From contig NW_024704743.1 in the NCBI RefSeq assembly GCF_018977255.1, forward strand, positions 98,086,001 to 98,150,000: a stretch of DNA of 64,000 bases, given 5' to 3'. Shown here one piece after another: positions 37,031 to 50,038 of the stretch. The stretch comes from Callorhinchus milii (Eukaryota). The number at the start of each line of letters is the position of its first letter. Position 1 is the stretch's first letter. The notes beneath the pieces are model-generated. The model searched no databases. It was given only the letters and a program-made list of their open reading frames with translations, and was not told the origin of the DNA. The translations under genes were made by a program, and so were the position numbers.

Positions 37031-38244
37031 AATATTCCCCAGAATTAGGTGTTTAGAAGTATCACCTCGTGGAGAGAGTAAGCATTTTATTTCAGATACA
37101 GGGAAATTTCCATTCATAGGTGGAGTACATCTGTGGAACTCTCAATCTGGCTGGGTTTTTAAGCAATTTTGATGAATTTCTGCACGTGTCAGACACTCAC
37201 CTGAACAAAACAAAATGCTGGAGTATTTTCATTTGAGTGTTTTTTTGCGCAGAAGGGGAATAATTAGACTGTGGCTAAATTGCCCCTTTTAATTAATCTC
37301 GCTTTCTAGCATTCTCCCCCCAAAAAACAGACATATTCACTGGATTATGATAATATGTTTTAATGATAATAATAAATCTCTCCTCATAACTAAGAGAAAT
37401 TCCTTCAGTTACCTTGTTGTTCTGCTTTAAATCCTTCCAGTGCCCCCAATGTGCCTTTTGAAAATTATATTCAATCCATGCTTATTTGGTTTAAAATGAT
37501 AAAGACAAAGACAGGACAAAACACAAATCTGTTAGCGTAACCCTTGTTACTAAAGCTTCTAACTGTCTTTAGTATTAAGTGAGACTTTAGAAATGTTTTC
37601 CATGATAAATATGCTTTGAATATACTGCACTGATTGGCCAAGCCATTCCTGTGCCAATTTGTTATTCTACACCAGTCAACACTTGTATCCTTCTCTGATT
37701 GGAATCTTACATTGTAAGTTATTCTTGTATAAATTTTGTTCTTATGAAAAAATTGTTAAAGGATAAAGAAAAGCTGAAGGAGCACAGTGACAAATTATAA
37801 AGCTACAGAACCCTCATACATCAGTGGGTCATAAACACCAGACCCTACATGGAGAATTGATTGCAAGGAAATAAATAGGAATGTACAAGCACTTTCAGAA
37901 TATATCTATGGAGCCATTTAAGTAGCACATTAGCATATGTTTTAGATACATTATATGTGATATATATTTTTTTAGACAATTCGTAGAAAAAGGGAAATAA
38001 AATTCAATTGTCGCAGCAAATTTCAGCAGTTTGCAGAACACAACTAAGGGTTGAATCTGGGATCATCAGTTCATTTATCAGCTGTGAAGGGCGAGTTCAT
38101 CATTGTAGTCTGCTGCTCGGTAAATCCCACGAGCGGCTCACATGGCCAGTGAATAATTAGACGAGACTCTAAATTTATGAATGATCAGAGAAAATCATCC
38201 TCAATATTTCCTATAAAACTAAGATACTGACCGAGCATTCAAAA

Positions 38245-38850
38245 GATTAGAAGATTACTATGAATGTACAGTACAGAAAAAGGCTGCTCGGCTCAACCAG
38301 TCCATGTTGGTGTTTATACTTTACGCTGCTCTTCAGCCATTCCTTACTCCCTCCTATAACTCTTCTATTTCCCTCTCCCTCATGTGAAATGCTGGCTTCC
38401 TCTTGAATGCATCTATACCAAGGTTGGCCAACCCACGGGCCGGAAGTGGCCCATGGGGCCATCGAGAAGCTCCTCCCCAACCAACCGCAAAAAAAAATTT
38501 GCATGAATCTAGGTAAGTCAGAGTTCGATCATTAGTGTGTTTTCAGTTTTTACTTGATTGAATATTTCTTGATTTATGGCATAAATCAAGAAATATTCAA
38601 TCAAGAAAATGTATTTTCTTGGTCAAGAATGAAGGTTGGCCACCACTGATTTATACTATCTGATTCAACCATTGCTTCAGCAGTAAGTTCCATAGAACTC
38701 TTACTACCCTCCTCATTAAATAGTTCCTCCTGAATTCTCTTATAGATCCCCTAGTTGCTATCTTATATTTGTGTGTCCCCCAACCAATGGAAACAGCCTA
38801 TTTATGATAACCTTATCGAGCCCTTTAAAGTCTTACTTAATTTTAAACAG
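38245..38850 (-). mobile_element. CR1 3' fragment split by a hAT MITE
   Basis: tacagtacagaaaaagg...aaccagtccatgttggtgtttat...gaatgcatctatac | tatctgattcaacc; inverse of the CR1 end at ~900-1080. Confidence 0.75.
38419..38648. mobile_element. Non-autonomous hAT (Charlie-like) MITE with 8-bp TSD
   Basis: TIRs caaggttggccaacc / ggttggccaccactg; TSD atctatac (38411-38418) / atttatac (38649-38656). Confidence 0.88.
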
Positions 38851-39069
38851 GATAATCATCGGATTATCAACAATGCTGAACTCTGACTCGCAGTGAGGGA
38901 GAGAGAGCGGGAAGGGAGAGGTGACCATAGGCATAGTCAAAGAGGTAGGTCTTAATATAGGACTTATAGACAGATAGAGTGCAATCAATGTCAGGCATTA
39001 TATCAGTTTACAGAGGTAGCTTACTCTGATATACAGCAATGTAACATAGTATTATTAACATGCCTGATA

Positions 39070-39275
39070 AGAATCCCTCAAAAAAAACAATAATAAATTG
39101 GTCATTTCAATCCATGACTGTTTGTGGGACACTGCTGTACACAATTGGCTGCCCCATTTCGCCCACAAATATACAGTCAATTCACTTTACAGAATATTCT
39201 GTGAAGCGCTTTGAGACGTCTAGCAGATGTGAAAAGTGCTATATCAAATGCAAGGATTATTATTATATTATTATT
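39070..39275 (+). mobile_element. 5'-truncated young-type SINE
   Basis: Matches the 3' two-thirds of 33911-34238. Confidence 0.85.
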
Positions 39276-40300
39276 ACTCTGTTCATAGCTGCACCTCCAT
39301 AAATTGTACAGAAAACATAATTGCTTGAATCATTTTCAGAAAATACATTGAACTGCTGAGGCTTAACCTGCTGGTGGGTCCACAAATGAAGTCGCCGATT
39401 AGGCACATCCTGTTCTCGGGAGATATTCTTAGATCAGTTGTGAAAGGGCAAGTCTGCCTTTGCAGTCATCTGAGATAGAATTTTCAATTGAAGGATAAAT
39501 CGTTTTTCAAACACTTTCAATTAAAGCAGTTATTTTTGTCCACAAAACATACAGTGAATTCACTTTACAGTGAAGCGCTTGAGAAGTCTCATAGATGTGA
39601 TAAGGCACTATATTAAATGCAAGGATTATTATTATTACTCTGGCTATTTCTCACACGCCTTCAGTTAAAACTTTGTGTACAGGATCAAAGCTTAATGTTA
39701 TGTTTTTAGAACAAATTGTTTTCTTATTAACGAGAACATAAGACACAACTTTTCCCTCGTGCATAATGCACGATGGAAAAATTGGGTTCTGTGATTGCAT
39801 TTCAGAGATGTTTAAGAAATGCACGCCTACTGTTTCATTCAACACTGTGACTGAATACATGTTTGAACATAACTAGCATTATAATTAGATTAGTTGCATT
39901 TAGAAAGCAATCCAAATTTTGCTCTGTGGTCATATTTACTTGGAAATATTTGGCAAATTATTCTCCCAATTAAGATTTGTACCTCCCACACAATAATGGC
40001 ACGGTGGGTATGCAGTGAGATCGCCTTTTATTTATGTTTGTTCTGTGTGTGGATTGTTATGTTTGATGTAATATACCAGGGTTTTCCTGCCTCTTTGTCT
40101 TGAATGTCAGTGCCTTAAAGAGAGTGAGTTACAGTTAAGCTGCTTCTTTAGATTTATTCACCATGTATGTCAATGTATGTGGTTTCTGTCATGTTCTGAT
40201 ACTGATGTATCTAAATCTATGGTTGTCCCAAAGACCCAGATACCAATTTTTCTCAGAGACTTCAAGACTTGTCATCCAAGAATTCAATTTGCTTTACAAT

Positions 40301-40440
40301 GTGTATTGAAGTGAGCGGCCAGTATATTGAAACGAGTCGGACGATTATTGAAGGGAGCCAGATGCTGTATTAAAGGGAGTGGACAGTGTATCAAACTGAG
40401 TTAACCATTGTTTTGAAGTTAGATGCACGGTGTATTTAAT
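40301..40440 (+). repeat. Degenerate ~21-22-bp tandem repeat, about 7 units
   Basis: Consensus about gtgtattgaagngagnnnnca; one more unit follows the SINE fragment at ~40612. Confidence 0.7.
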
Positions 40441-40719
40441 AATTGGTCACTCAATCTAATCTTGTTAGTGGGACACTGTTGTGTGCAATTGGCAAACCAC
40501 ACGTTTTCCCTACAAAATATACAGTCAGTTCACTTTACAGTAAATTCTGTGAAGTGTCTTAAGATGTTTCAAAGATGTGATCAGGCTCTATATCAAATGT
40601 AAGGATCATTATTATTGAAGCAAGTCAGACGATATCATATATCAAAATATGATAATATGTTATAGGAAGATAGTAATAGGAGAGGCCATTCAGTCCGTCA
40701 AGCCTGTTCCATCAGTTTA

Positions 40720-41045
40720 TTAATAATAATTCTTAAATAACCTTTGCATTTGATATGGCACCTTATCATGACTTTGAGACATCTCTAAGTGCTTCACAGA
40801 ATATACGGTAAAGTGAATTGACTGTATATTTTGTGAGAGTAATGCGGCAGCCAATTGTACACATCAGTGTCCCACAAACAGTCGTGGATTGAGTGACCAA
40901 TTTATTATTATTTTTGTAGGAATTATTACCACCGGAAAAGTGATCTGCCAATCGACTAACAACCGGGTTCCTGCTTAGTGCTACGTAAACAGAGGTGTGT
41001 GGGGTAAGAAAACTTGCCCATTGTTTCGCTCTGTTCGGGAATCAA
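40720..41045 (-). mobile_element. SINE, long subfamily, head truncated
   Basis: Contains the ccggaaaagtgatctgccaatcgactaacaaccgggttcc block as in the 19421 and 43601 copies. Confidence 0.85.
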
Positions 41046-42073
41046 AATTAGATCATGGTAGATCTTTCAATCCCATTTCCCTGCCTTTTCTGCATGTTCC
41101 TTTATACTACAATACTTCCCAAGAACTTATCTTTCTCTCTTTTAAACATCTCAATTGATTCTGTCTGTATGGCCTTCTGGGGCATTGCATTGCTCATTTT
41201 CACACCTTTTGCGTGAATAAATATTCATAAGGTTTTTTNCTGTTCGCTGGAGCATTGATACCAATCCACATTTTATTGTTGAATGATACAAAGGGAACTT
41301 TCGCCTATGAGTTTCCGTTTGTCACAACGCCTAAATGTTTATTAAGCAAACTTCTAGCTCACCAACGCAATGTCATTTTTTATCTAAGTCATCCTTTCAG
41401 AAGAAAAATATAACTTATTCTGAACTCTATAAAGGTTCATAATGTTGCATAGAGTGTGTAAGTGTCTAACAGATGGTGTACATGTATTGTTATGCATTTA
41501 TGCTGGGCATGTAGCCCACATCAAGGTATTCAGTCCCTCAAAGTGAAAAGCAGAGTATCCTCACCTCTCAACTGAGCAATCTGGACCTTGATTGAAGATT
41601 GATATCCCTGGAATAAATTCAGCCACTGACGGCAGAGGCTGTAAAAATAGCCCACTGTTTGGAATAAATGAACTATAAGAAAATAAGATGTTCAAACAAA
41701 TACCTTTGAGATCATTTAAAGATTTAAAGCAGAGATAATGGACTTTGATAATGGACTCTGCTGGCATGACACCATTTTTGTCTTCAACAGATCTACTAAT
41801 GTCATGAGTGTGACATAGCTGGAGTTTGATTTAATAATTACCTTCTCGAAGAGAAAGATATTCCAAGAAAGAGGAATAAAGAACATTTGAGTGAGCAACC
41901 TGTGTCTTCTTGCTTTGCTTTTGTTATTATTGTTCTGTTCTCTAGAATTTAGCTTTGTGACCTTACCAGACGTTGTGTGATATGGAACAAACTGAATGTG
42001 TGACATAGTTATTTGGATGCAACTCGGAGCTTAAAAATCAATTCTTAAATGAATCTTTATCTCATCCATATTT

Positions 42074-42540
42074 GTCAGCCTGGCTCAATTGGTAACACTC
42101 TCACCTCTGAATACCTGCTGTTGTTGAGTCAGAAGGTTGTGGCTTCCAGGCCTCATGTCAGGACTTTGAATGCACAGACTAAGCTGCCACTCCAATCCAG
42201 AGCTAGGGAAGCATTGCATTATTGCAAGTGTTGTTTTTCAGATGAGATGTTATTTTGAGTTCCTGTTTGCTCATTCAGGTCAACTTATGGATCCTACGTC
42301 ATTATTGAAAAGAGAATGGATTTTTTTCCTGGTGTCCTAGCTAATAACCCCCCAGATAAAACTGATCATTCACTTCCTGACTGTTTGAGAGTCATTGCTG
42401 TGTATAAATTGGCTGCCATATTTGCAAAATACACAGCCATTATACTCTACAGCAATGTAATTTACAATATATCCTGTGAGGCATTTTCAGATGTCCCCTG
42501 ATGTGAAATCAATATGACGCTATATCAAATGCAAACATCT
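42074..42540 (+). mobile_element. Older Deu-type SINE
   Basis: gtcagcctggctcaattggtaacactctcacctctga head; Deu-like core; tail. Confidence 0.75.
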
Positions 42541-43279
42541 ATATCATCTAGAATATGATTTACCACAGTTTAGCTGGCAGCACAGTTCAGTTGCTTCTCT
42601 CAGTCCAGTCACCCCCAAACGACTGCATTCCCAATGCTCATCTATTTTGCATTGCATACCTAGACATACAAAGACTCCCTGACACACATCCTAAATTAGA
42701 TATGTCACAGTGAGTTCAGTTTTTCTGAGACATGGTACTTATGGTCATGTCAAAAAATGTCAGGGAGCTTGTTCTGTATGGGTAGCTCTATCTTGAATCA
42801 GTATAGCAGCAGCTTACGGATGGAGTGGCATTGCCAAGACTGCTTTGGCAGTGCACTCACATGTTTCACAAAGTGTTTGATTATCTCTCCCTCCACTTAT
42901 CTTTATAATCTTCATTTGTTTCCTAACCAGATATCCAGCCAGCACAATTTAACTCTTTAGATGTATGTGGAGTATAAATACTAGCATGGATTGGATGGGC
43001 TGAATGGTCTGCTTCTGTGCTGTATAGTGCATGTGAACCTATGAGTGCTTGCGGGTTTTCTCTCCGTGACAATGAAAAGAATATCAACTAATATTAACTA
43101 AAGCTGCCCAAACATCAGAAATGAATTTTATACTGTAAATTAATGTTAAATGCAAAAACGAGTTCAAATACATGACCTAATGTCAAAGTATTAGTTCTAA
43201 AAGAGGTGCCGGTATATTGCCCCGCTCTCAATTATTTTTGTTCTGTTTTCACTTCCTTTTTTCTGGTTTTAATTTCTAT

Positions 43280-44104
43280 CTGAATACAAGTGCAACCAAT
43301 TTTTAACAAGTGGATTGTGATTGCAAGCAGCTCCTAAGATTGAAAATCAAAAATCAGGTAAGTGGAGTTTAACACGGAGGTGAGGCAGTAGTTTGTGCTC
43401 ATTAAATAGTGGTTGCTGGAGAGTGAATGTACTCATCCAGAGTCCCAAATAAAGACTGCCCTCGCACACACTCTCTCTATGACGATCTCGATCTAGCTAT
43501 AGAGATAGATAGAAAGTAAGAGAAAGTGAAAAAGAGACAGGGGTAGAAAGAGTCCGTGAATAGTAGAGAGGGAGAGTGCTGGCACTTTGGTTTCAGCATT
43601 GAGCCCTGTAGCTTAGTGGTTAGAAGATAAGGACCTGGGTTTGATTCTTGGCAGGGCAAAACGTTGGGCGAATTTCCTTATTCTACAAGTCTCTGTTTAC
43701 CTAGCAGTAAGTAGGAACCCGATTGTTATTCGATTGGCCGATCGCTTTTCCGGGGATAATAATACCTTCAAAAATAAAATGGTACTAATAATAATTTGGT
43801 CACCTCAATCCACGACTGTTTGTGGGACACTGCTGTGCATAATTGGCTGCCGTGTTTAATCCACAAAATATACAGTTAATTCATTTGACAGTATATTCTG
43901 TGAAGCGCTTCGAGAAGTCTCAAAGACGCGATAAGGCGCTATATCGAATGCAAGGATATTATTTTATATTATATTTAGACCTCTTGTGCCAAGGATGAAT
44001 TATTTTGCAACCATGTCAAGCTCCACTTACCCGATTTTTGATTTTTATTCTTTGAAGCTGCTACCACAATACACTTGTTAAAACTTGCTTGCATCTGCAT
44101 TCAG
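43280..44104. repeat. ~95-bp inverted repeats (43280-43377 / 44011-44104) enclosing the SINE; probably an old DNA transposon
   Basis: aaaatcaaaaatcaggtaagtggagtttaacacgg vs ccatgtcaagctccacttacccgatttttgatttt. Confidence 0.75.
43601..43975 (+). mobile_element. SINE, long subfamily
   Basis: gagccctgtagcttagtggttaga head; extra internal block; tail ataaggcgctatatcgaatgcaagg. Confidence 0.85.
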
Positions 44105-44568
44105 TCCAGAGAAATGTTAGGTAGAGCCTCTCACATCCAGGAGCTGGATTCAAGTTTTGGATTAATATAGTTATAATAATCCTTGCTTACATTTGTTATA
44201 GCACCTTTCATGTCAGGAGGACATCCCAAAATACTTCACAGGATAGACTATGAAGTGGAGTCACTGTGTGTTTCGTCGACAAACTTGGGCTTGCAGAGTT
44301 AAGAGCTATTGAGACAAAGGGAAATATTTGGTCCAAAAGAGGAAACTAAAAACTTGTTGAAGGCTGATTTAATAATGCTGGGATATGAGATTTCCTTCTG
44401 AAATGACAGAAGCTTATGTGGCTCAGAATGTCAATAGACGACAGCGTAACACGGCAGTCATTGGAGGTAAGAGGTGGCGGTTGTTGTTTAGACTTGCAAG
44501 AGACATGGAGAAACCAATATTATTTTAATATTAATGGTTCTTTTTGTATCACAGTGAACAACTGAAAA

Positions 44569-45359
44569 CTCATGGCCTGGCTGGCGATAAAAGGGGTCCC
44601 TCCCTCTCAGAGCTTTCATGCCCGGTCGAGGTCTGGGCCAGTCAGCACTTTGCCCTCGGGATGGCTGCAGAGGCCAGGAGACTGTGGACCACCTTTTCCT
44701 GGAGTGTTGTTTGCCAAAGGTGGTTTGGAAAAAGATGGAATGGATTCTCTCGTAGTTCGTCCCCAACCCGGGTGTTCTCCTGGCAGAACGAGGGTACAGT
44801 GAGGGCCAGCCTCAGGCTCGCGTACGCTAGGATCAGGGACTATACACTGAGGGACAACTGAAGCTCGGCTCAACCGCGGCAAAGGCCAGACAGGGCCTGA
44901 CCCCAGGAGGAGCTGCTCCGGCACAAACCATTCAGGGCGCACCCACCAGGTAGCCCACAAGCGCACCCAAAACTGACTGAAATGAATATGAGGGCACAGA
45001 AGGACGCTCGAGATGTTACAAAAGAGCGTCCCAAAAATGTATGTACAGTAAACATGTGCATGCACAGTGACATCAGGGCGCCTTCTGAAAGCGGCAAGTG
45101 CTCCTTATCAGGGTGTGTGAGGGCGCACACATGGGTGTGATGTACACAGGGGCGACTCCAGACTGTTTTAAAGGGAGCGTTCCAAAAAACGTGGGCACAA
45201 CCTGTGTGCGGTGAAGGAATGTACCGTAAACAACAGAATGTTTTCGTATCGGGAGAAAAGGAATAAAATTGTAACAGGAGATGTTGTACGTTGTGTTGCT
45301 TTTGGATTTCTGTTGTACCAAATATTATATTTATAAATAAATATATATTTTCGAAAAGA
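44569..45359 (+). mobile_element. Tx1/L1-clade retrotransposon, 5'-truncated, 16-bp TSD
   Basis: 44651-44707 encodes CPRDGCRGQETVDHLFLEC (CCHC zinc knuckle of the ORF2 C-terminus); GC-rich 3' UTR, then aataaa; TSD agtgaacaactgaaaa (44553-44568) / agtgaataactgaaaa (45360-45375). Confidence 0.85.
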
Positions 45360-45851
45360 AGTGAATAACTGAAAAATTTCAAATCAGCATGCCAGGGAGT
45401 CAGTCAATTGGCTGTCATAAGCTTCAGATCTGAAAGTTCAAAACTAGTATCAATATCTCCTGTTCCTTTTTTCCTTTTATGAATCTTTCTTTATAAGTTA
45501 AAGCCCTTAAGTACACAGTGTTTCATACAGTATTCATTATTAATATCTAAATTTACTGCAACCTTCAAATGAGTTTCTATTTCAATATTTCCATCAAAAG
45601 GCGGCCAAAATCAATTTGAAACTCTTAATTTTGGTAACGCTATATTTTTCTTTTGTCAAAATTGTTACTCATCTATCTAAATTGTTTCAGTTCAGTCAAA
45701 TCATAAGCAACAGATTAATCTACAGAACCTCAGTGTTTATACATGTGTTGCTCTGAAGCACACTCATTGTTTTCTGTTGTTTTCTGTTTGAAAATGAATG
45801 TTTCGGGGAGTCAAGAAGCATGACATCATTTGCTTGACATCATTTTCACTT

Positions 45852-46290
45852 AATAATAATAATAATCCTTCTATTTAATATTATGCCTCAATCATATTGT
45901 CGAAACCTCTGAGTGCCTTACAGGGTTTACTGTAGAGTCTACTGACTGTGCATTTTGTGGGCAAACACTGTGGGCAATTTATCGACAGCAATGTTTCACA
46001 AAGAGCTATGAGCGAATGACCAATTTCTAGGGAATTGTTGGCCAGGACACCAGGAGAAACTCCCTTCTCTTTTCAAATAGTTTCAAGGGATTTTTAATGA
46101 CTACAAGACAGACAAAACCTTGGTTTGATATCTGATTCGAAGGACAGCACCTCTGACAATGCAGCCTCCCTCAACCCCCTCCAGCATTAGAATATTATCC
46201 TAGACTATGAGCTCAAAGTCCCAAAGTGGGGCTTGAACCCACAACCTTGTGCTTCAGAGACGAGAGTGCTACCAAATGAGCCAGGCTGAC
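45852..46290 (-). mobile_element. Older Deu-type SINE, full length
   Basis: Ends gcttgaacccacaacc...gagtgctaccaaatgagccaggctgac (reverse of head); (TAA)n tail at left. Confidence 0.8.
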
Positions 46291-47024
46291 TCTAGGCTGA
46301 CACTTGCCTAGTTTTTATCAAACAATTTGATTATTATATCACAGCAAAGAAATTGTACTACATTTGCTGTACACGGCATAAACATGTCTGTACTTTATCT
46401 CCAGATCAGAGTCTTTCACAAGCAGAGAGAATTATCAGGGAACATTCCAATAATACCTACCTGTATTTGCTCTAGGGTAGTGCAAGCCAGAAAGATTAAA
46501 TTGAAACTCTTACACAGATCTAGGCATAAACTTGATAAATAGACAGAATGATTTTTTAAGAAGCCTAGAAGGCAAGGTAATAAAGAAAGCGCTATATAAA
46601 AAACCTGAATTTTATAACCTGTTCTGTTTGTTTTTCAGCTTTACTATACCTATGATTTGCCCATCTGTCTAAAATAGAATGACCAGAATTTTAACTACTT
46701 CATTACATATCGTCTGGCCTATTGGTGAGAATTAGATTTTCAACGTTAAAAACTGTAAGTGCAAATTGTGGTTATTCATTAAAATCAGCATTTTAAATTG
46801 TGTTCCATTGATTCTGTGATTAACCATTCCATTCCTCACTGAATTAATATTGTTTAATACATTAGCTACCACCAAGGAATAACAATGCTACGTTTAAATT
46901 AAAAATATTTAGATAAGCTTGTGAAAACCCTCAAAGACAATGGCAGAAAAAAGTTATGAGTGTGATTCAGTTATGTATATTGGCAAAAGGTAAGATTTGT
47001 TTGTGAGTCTAATGCACTAATGCC

Positions 47025-47233
47025 CTGAAAATATGTACTCCAGGGACATGGTATTTGGAATGATGAATGTAAAGGCATTTTAGCTGTTTTTTTTAGCAAT
47101 AGCTAATTCATTGTTATTAACACTGATGTAGTCTGTACTGAAAATATGTCTTTCAGGGAGATGATATTTGAAATGAGTGCAGGCCATTTAGCTAATTTTT
47201 CAGTGGTAGACAATACATTGCTATTAACACTGA
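47025..47233 (+). repeat. Diverged tandem duplication, ~113-bp period
   Basis: ctgaaaatatgt...caggga.atg.tatttg.aatga...cattg.tattaacactga occurs at 47025 and 47138. Confidence 0.8.
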
Positions 47234-49644
47234 ATAACTGAGAGCCTATTGAGTAAAAGCACCACCCAGTGTTGTGCTAAGCAATACAGACAAGAAAGTC
47301 ACAGGTTCGAATCTTGATCCGTGCTGAGTTAATCTCTTCCAGGACAGCAAACAGTGTGATCTAAAATATTTCAGTCTTGCAAAGAAGGAAGCAAGAGAAT
47401 CCATGGAGTCTTCTCATTCCAGTTAGTATTATGCAGATGTTTCAGGCTCTGCTACATGAGGCATGATATCATGTTAATATAATGAATTAAATTAATTGTC
47501 TTTTTTCTGTTCCCTATAAGAGCGTGAAGTTTATACATAGTTCAACATTTACTGATGTAAATATTATTTCATGTCACCACAGCTGATCTTACCATATCAA
47601 AGTCCTCAGAAGTCATTAATCACTCTTTCAGAAGAGGGAAAGGGATGGGGATCATGAGGATGGTATGAAATTCAGAAGAGGGAGGGTGCATCACAGTTCC
47701 AAAAGAAAAGCGATTCAGGGTGAACACCTTACATTGGGCTGCAGTGAGAGGGGAACCATGGCAGAATCCTCTCTGCACACATTTGTAGATTATATCACAC
47801 AGGACAGAAAATGCACCACAAAAATTCAGCCGCAGTGGGCAAGTAATGACAATCACCTTGAAGCAATGCATCATATAATGCGTTCTGGCCAACAATCCTC
47901 TGGTCATTCACTTTGTGGCTATTTGTGTGACACTGCTGTGCACAAATTAGTTACTGTGTTCGCCCACAAATTAGTCGCTCCACTTTACATTATATCTTGT
48001 GAAACATTTTGAGATGTCCTCCCAACTTGAAAGGCATTATATCAAATGAAGGGTTATAAGAATTATTTTTATTTGTAAGACAGCGATTTGGTACCAAGGC
48101 TTAGTTTATTTTCTTAAAACGTTGCAGGCCATTAGTAAATGAATTTGTCAGATCATTCAGTATAAAGAGATTTCTGGTATGAAACAGCCATGAGGTTGCC
48201 ACAGACCAACCCTGGTCTTCAGAACCATCAGTGCAAACAATGGTAAAAGGAATAATACATTGGCAGAGGAATTACAAGGCAGTAATTCCACCGAGCAGTT
48301 CAGAGGACATCATAAACCACTAGACCAAATATTGAGTGCTTTATAAGCATCAACTGAATTACCTTGAAATTGCTCCTATGTACCAGATATTTTTATAACA
48401 CATGCTGTGCAATTCATTGGGCTGGTTTTATTCTGTTCTAGGTCAGTTATTTTTGGCTGGCAGCAGATGTCATGGAGAACGTTGATAGCTCATGACTCCA
48501 AGTACTGTGAAGTTGATTCTGAAATGACTAAGTGACAAGTTATAATTTATTACTGGATAATAATAGTAATAATATTATACACGGTTAATTAGTAAAATGA
48601 AATTGCCATACAATGAAAAGTGTGTTATCTTAGTTCAGTCACTTTATCTACCCACAACATTTCCATCTAAGATCTACATATAATACAACCTGTGCCTGTG
48701 TTCTGTGACTTGCCTGCGTGGTGTCTGTGTCCTATCTTCAGATCAGACTGGTGCTGAGGCACAGTGCCTGTGTAATGACACTGGCCTGTGTGACACAGAA
48801 TGAAGTAGTTACAAACATAATGTTCCATATCAGATTCCAGGTGCTATGAAATGTGTTATCAAATCTACTGTATGTTATGGAACTCTAAAATTTTCCATCT
48901 ATTCTTAAAGCCCGGCTGGTATGAGTTCCCCCACCACCCAAACTTCAGAACAACTCTTGGGCCTTAGGTCAATCCCGAGATCTCCACTGTTACTGTATCT
49001 GAACCAGACTGAGCATTGTGCACATATGTATCAGGAAATGTTACTATATCTGGAATCAGTGCTTACCCTCTCTGCCAGAGAGACACACTTGGTTTATCTA
49101 ATTCTGGAGAGTATTAGGTGTCGGATTCACTCAATTCTGACATTTTGTACATTGCCTTGCAGTCTGTTCAGCTCCAGAAAGACTGATTACCTCCCCTCCG
49201 AGGTTGATTCCAAGCACTTCATGGGATATACAGTACTGGAAAGTGATGTGACTGTATTATGTGAGCGAATGTGGCAACCAATTTTGGACACAGTTATGGC
49301 CCACAAACAGCCATGAAGAGAGTGATCATTTTTTTTATTTTGGGGGATTGTTGACCAGGACACCAGGAGAAACTCCCTTCTCTTTTCCAATAGTGCCATG
49401 GATCTTTAACATTCACTAGACAGGCAGACAACAACCTTAATCTAACATCTCATTCGAAATCTCCTGTTTACTCCCTCCAAGGCCTTGACATCTTTCCTGA
49501 AGTGAGGTGCCAAAACTGTACATAGCACTCCAGGTGCGGCCCAACAAATGATTTGTGCAAACAGCGTTAATGCTTTGCTTTTGTACTTTTTGTACAAAAC
49601 CCAGAACACAGGGTAACTCATCCAAGCATTGTGTCAAATAAATA

Positions 49645-50038
49645 AATAACACATCTATTTGATATAAATCCTTTCATGTCAGGGGAACATTGGGAAGCAC
49701 TTCACAGGGACTGTATATTTTGTAAACAAACTCGGTAGCCAAATTGTGCACAGTAATGTCCCACAAACAACTATCAAGTGACTGACCAATTTTAGTTGGG
49801 GGGTTGTTGACCAGGACACTGGGAGACACTCCCTTCTCTTTTCAAATAGTGACACGAGATCTTCAATGTCTACTTAACCTGGCAGAAGGGACCTTGGTTA
49901 AACATCTCATCTGAAGGATGGCACCTCCAATAATGCAGCATACCCCAGCACTGCTTTAGAGTGTTAGCCTAGACTATGTGGGGTTTGAACTCACAGCTTT
50001 CTGTCCCCCAGAGATGATTACTATCAACTGAGCCAGGC
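49645..50038 (-). mobile_element. Older Deu-type SINE
   Basis: Same layout as 45852-46290. Confidence 0.75.

Noticed and set aside
40301..40440. CRISPR-like periodicity
   Set aside because: Degenerate minisatellite with no invariant repeats, unique spacers or cas genes, in vertebrate DNA.
41565..41638. Minus-strand segment with tttttacag acceptor and gtgagg donor
   Set aside because: 74 nt, no recognisable peptide in either open frame and no supporting neighbouring exons; plausible by chance.
44488..45382. GC/CpG-rich region with many short ORFs, resembling a promoter or gene
   Set aside because: Explained by the Tx1 insertion bounded by a TSD.
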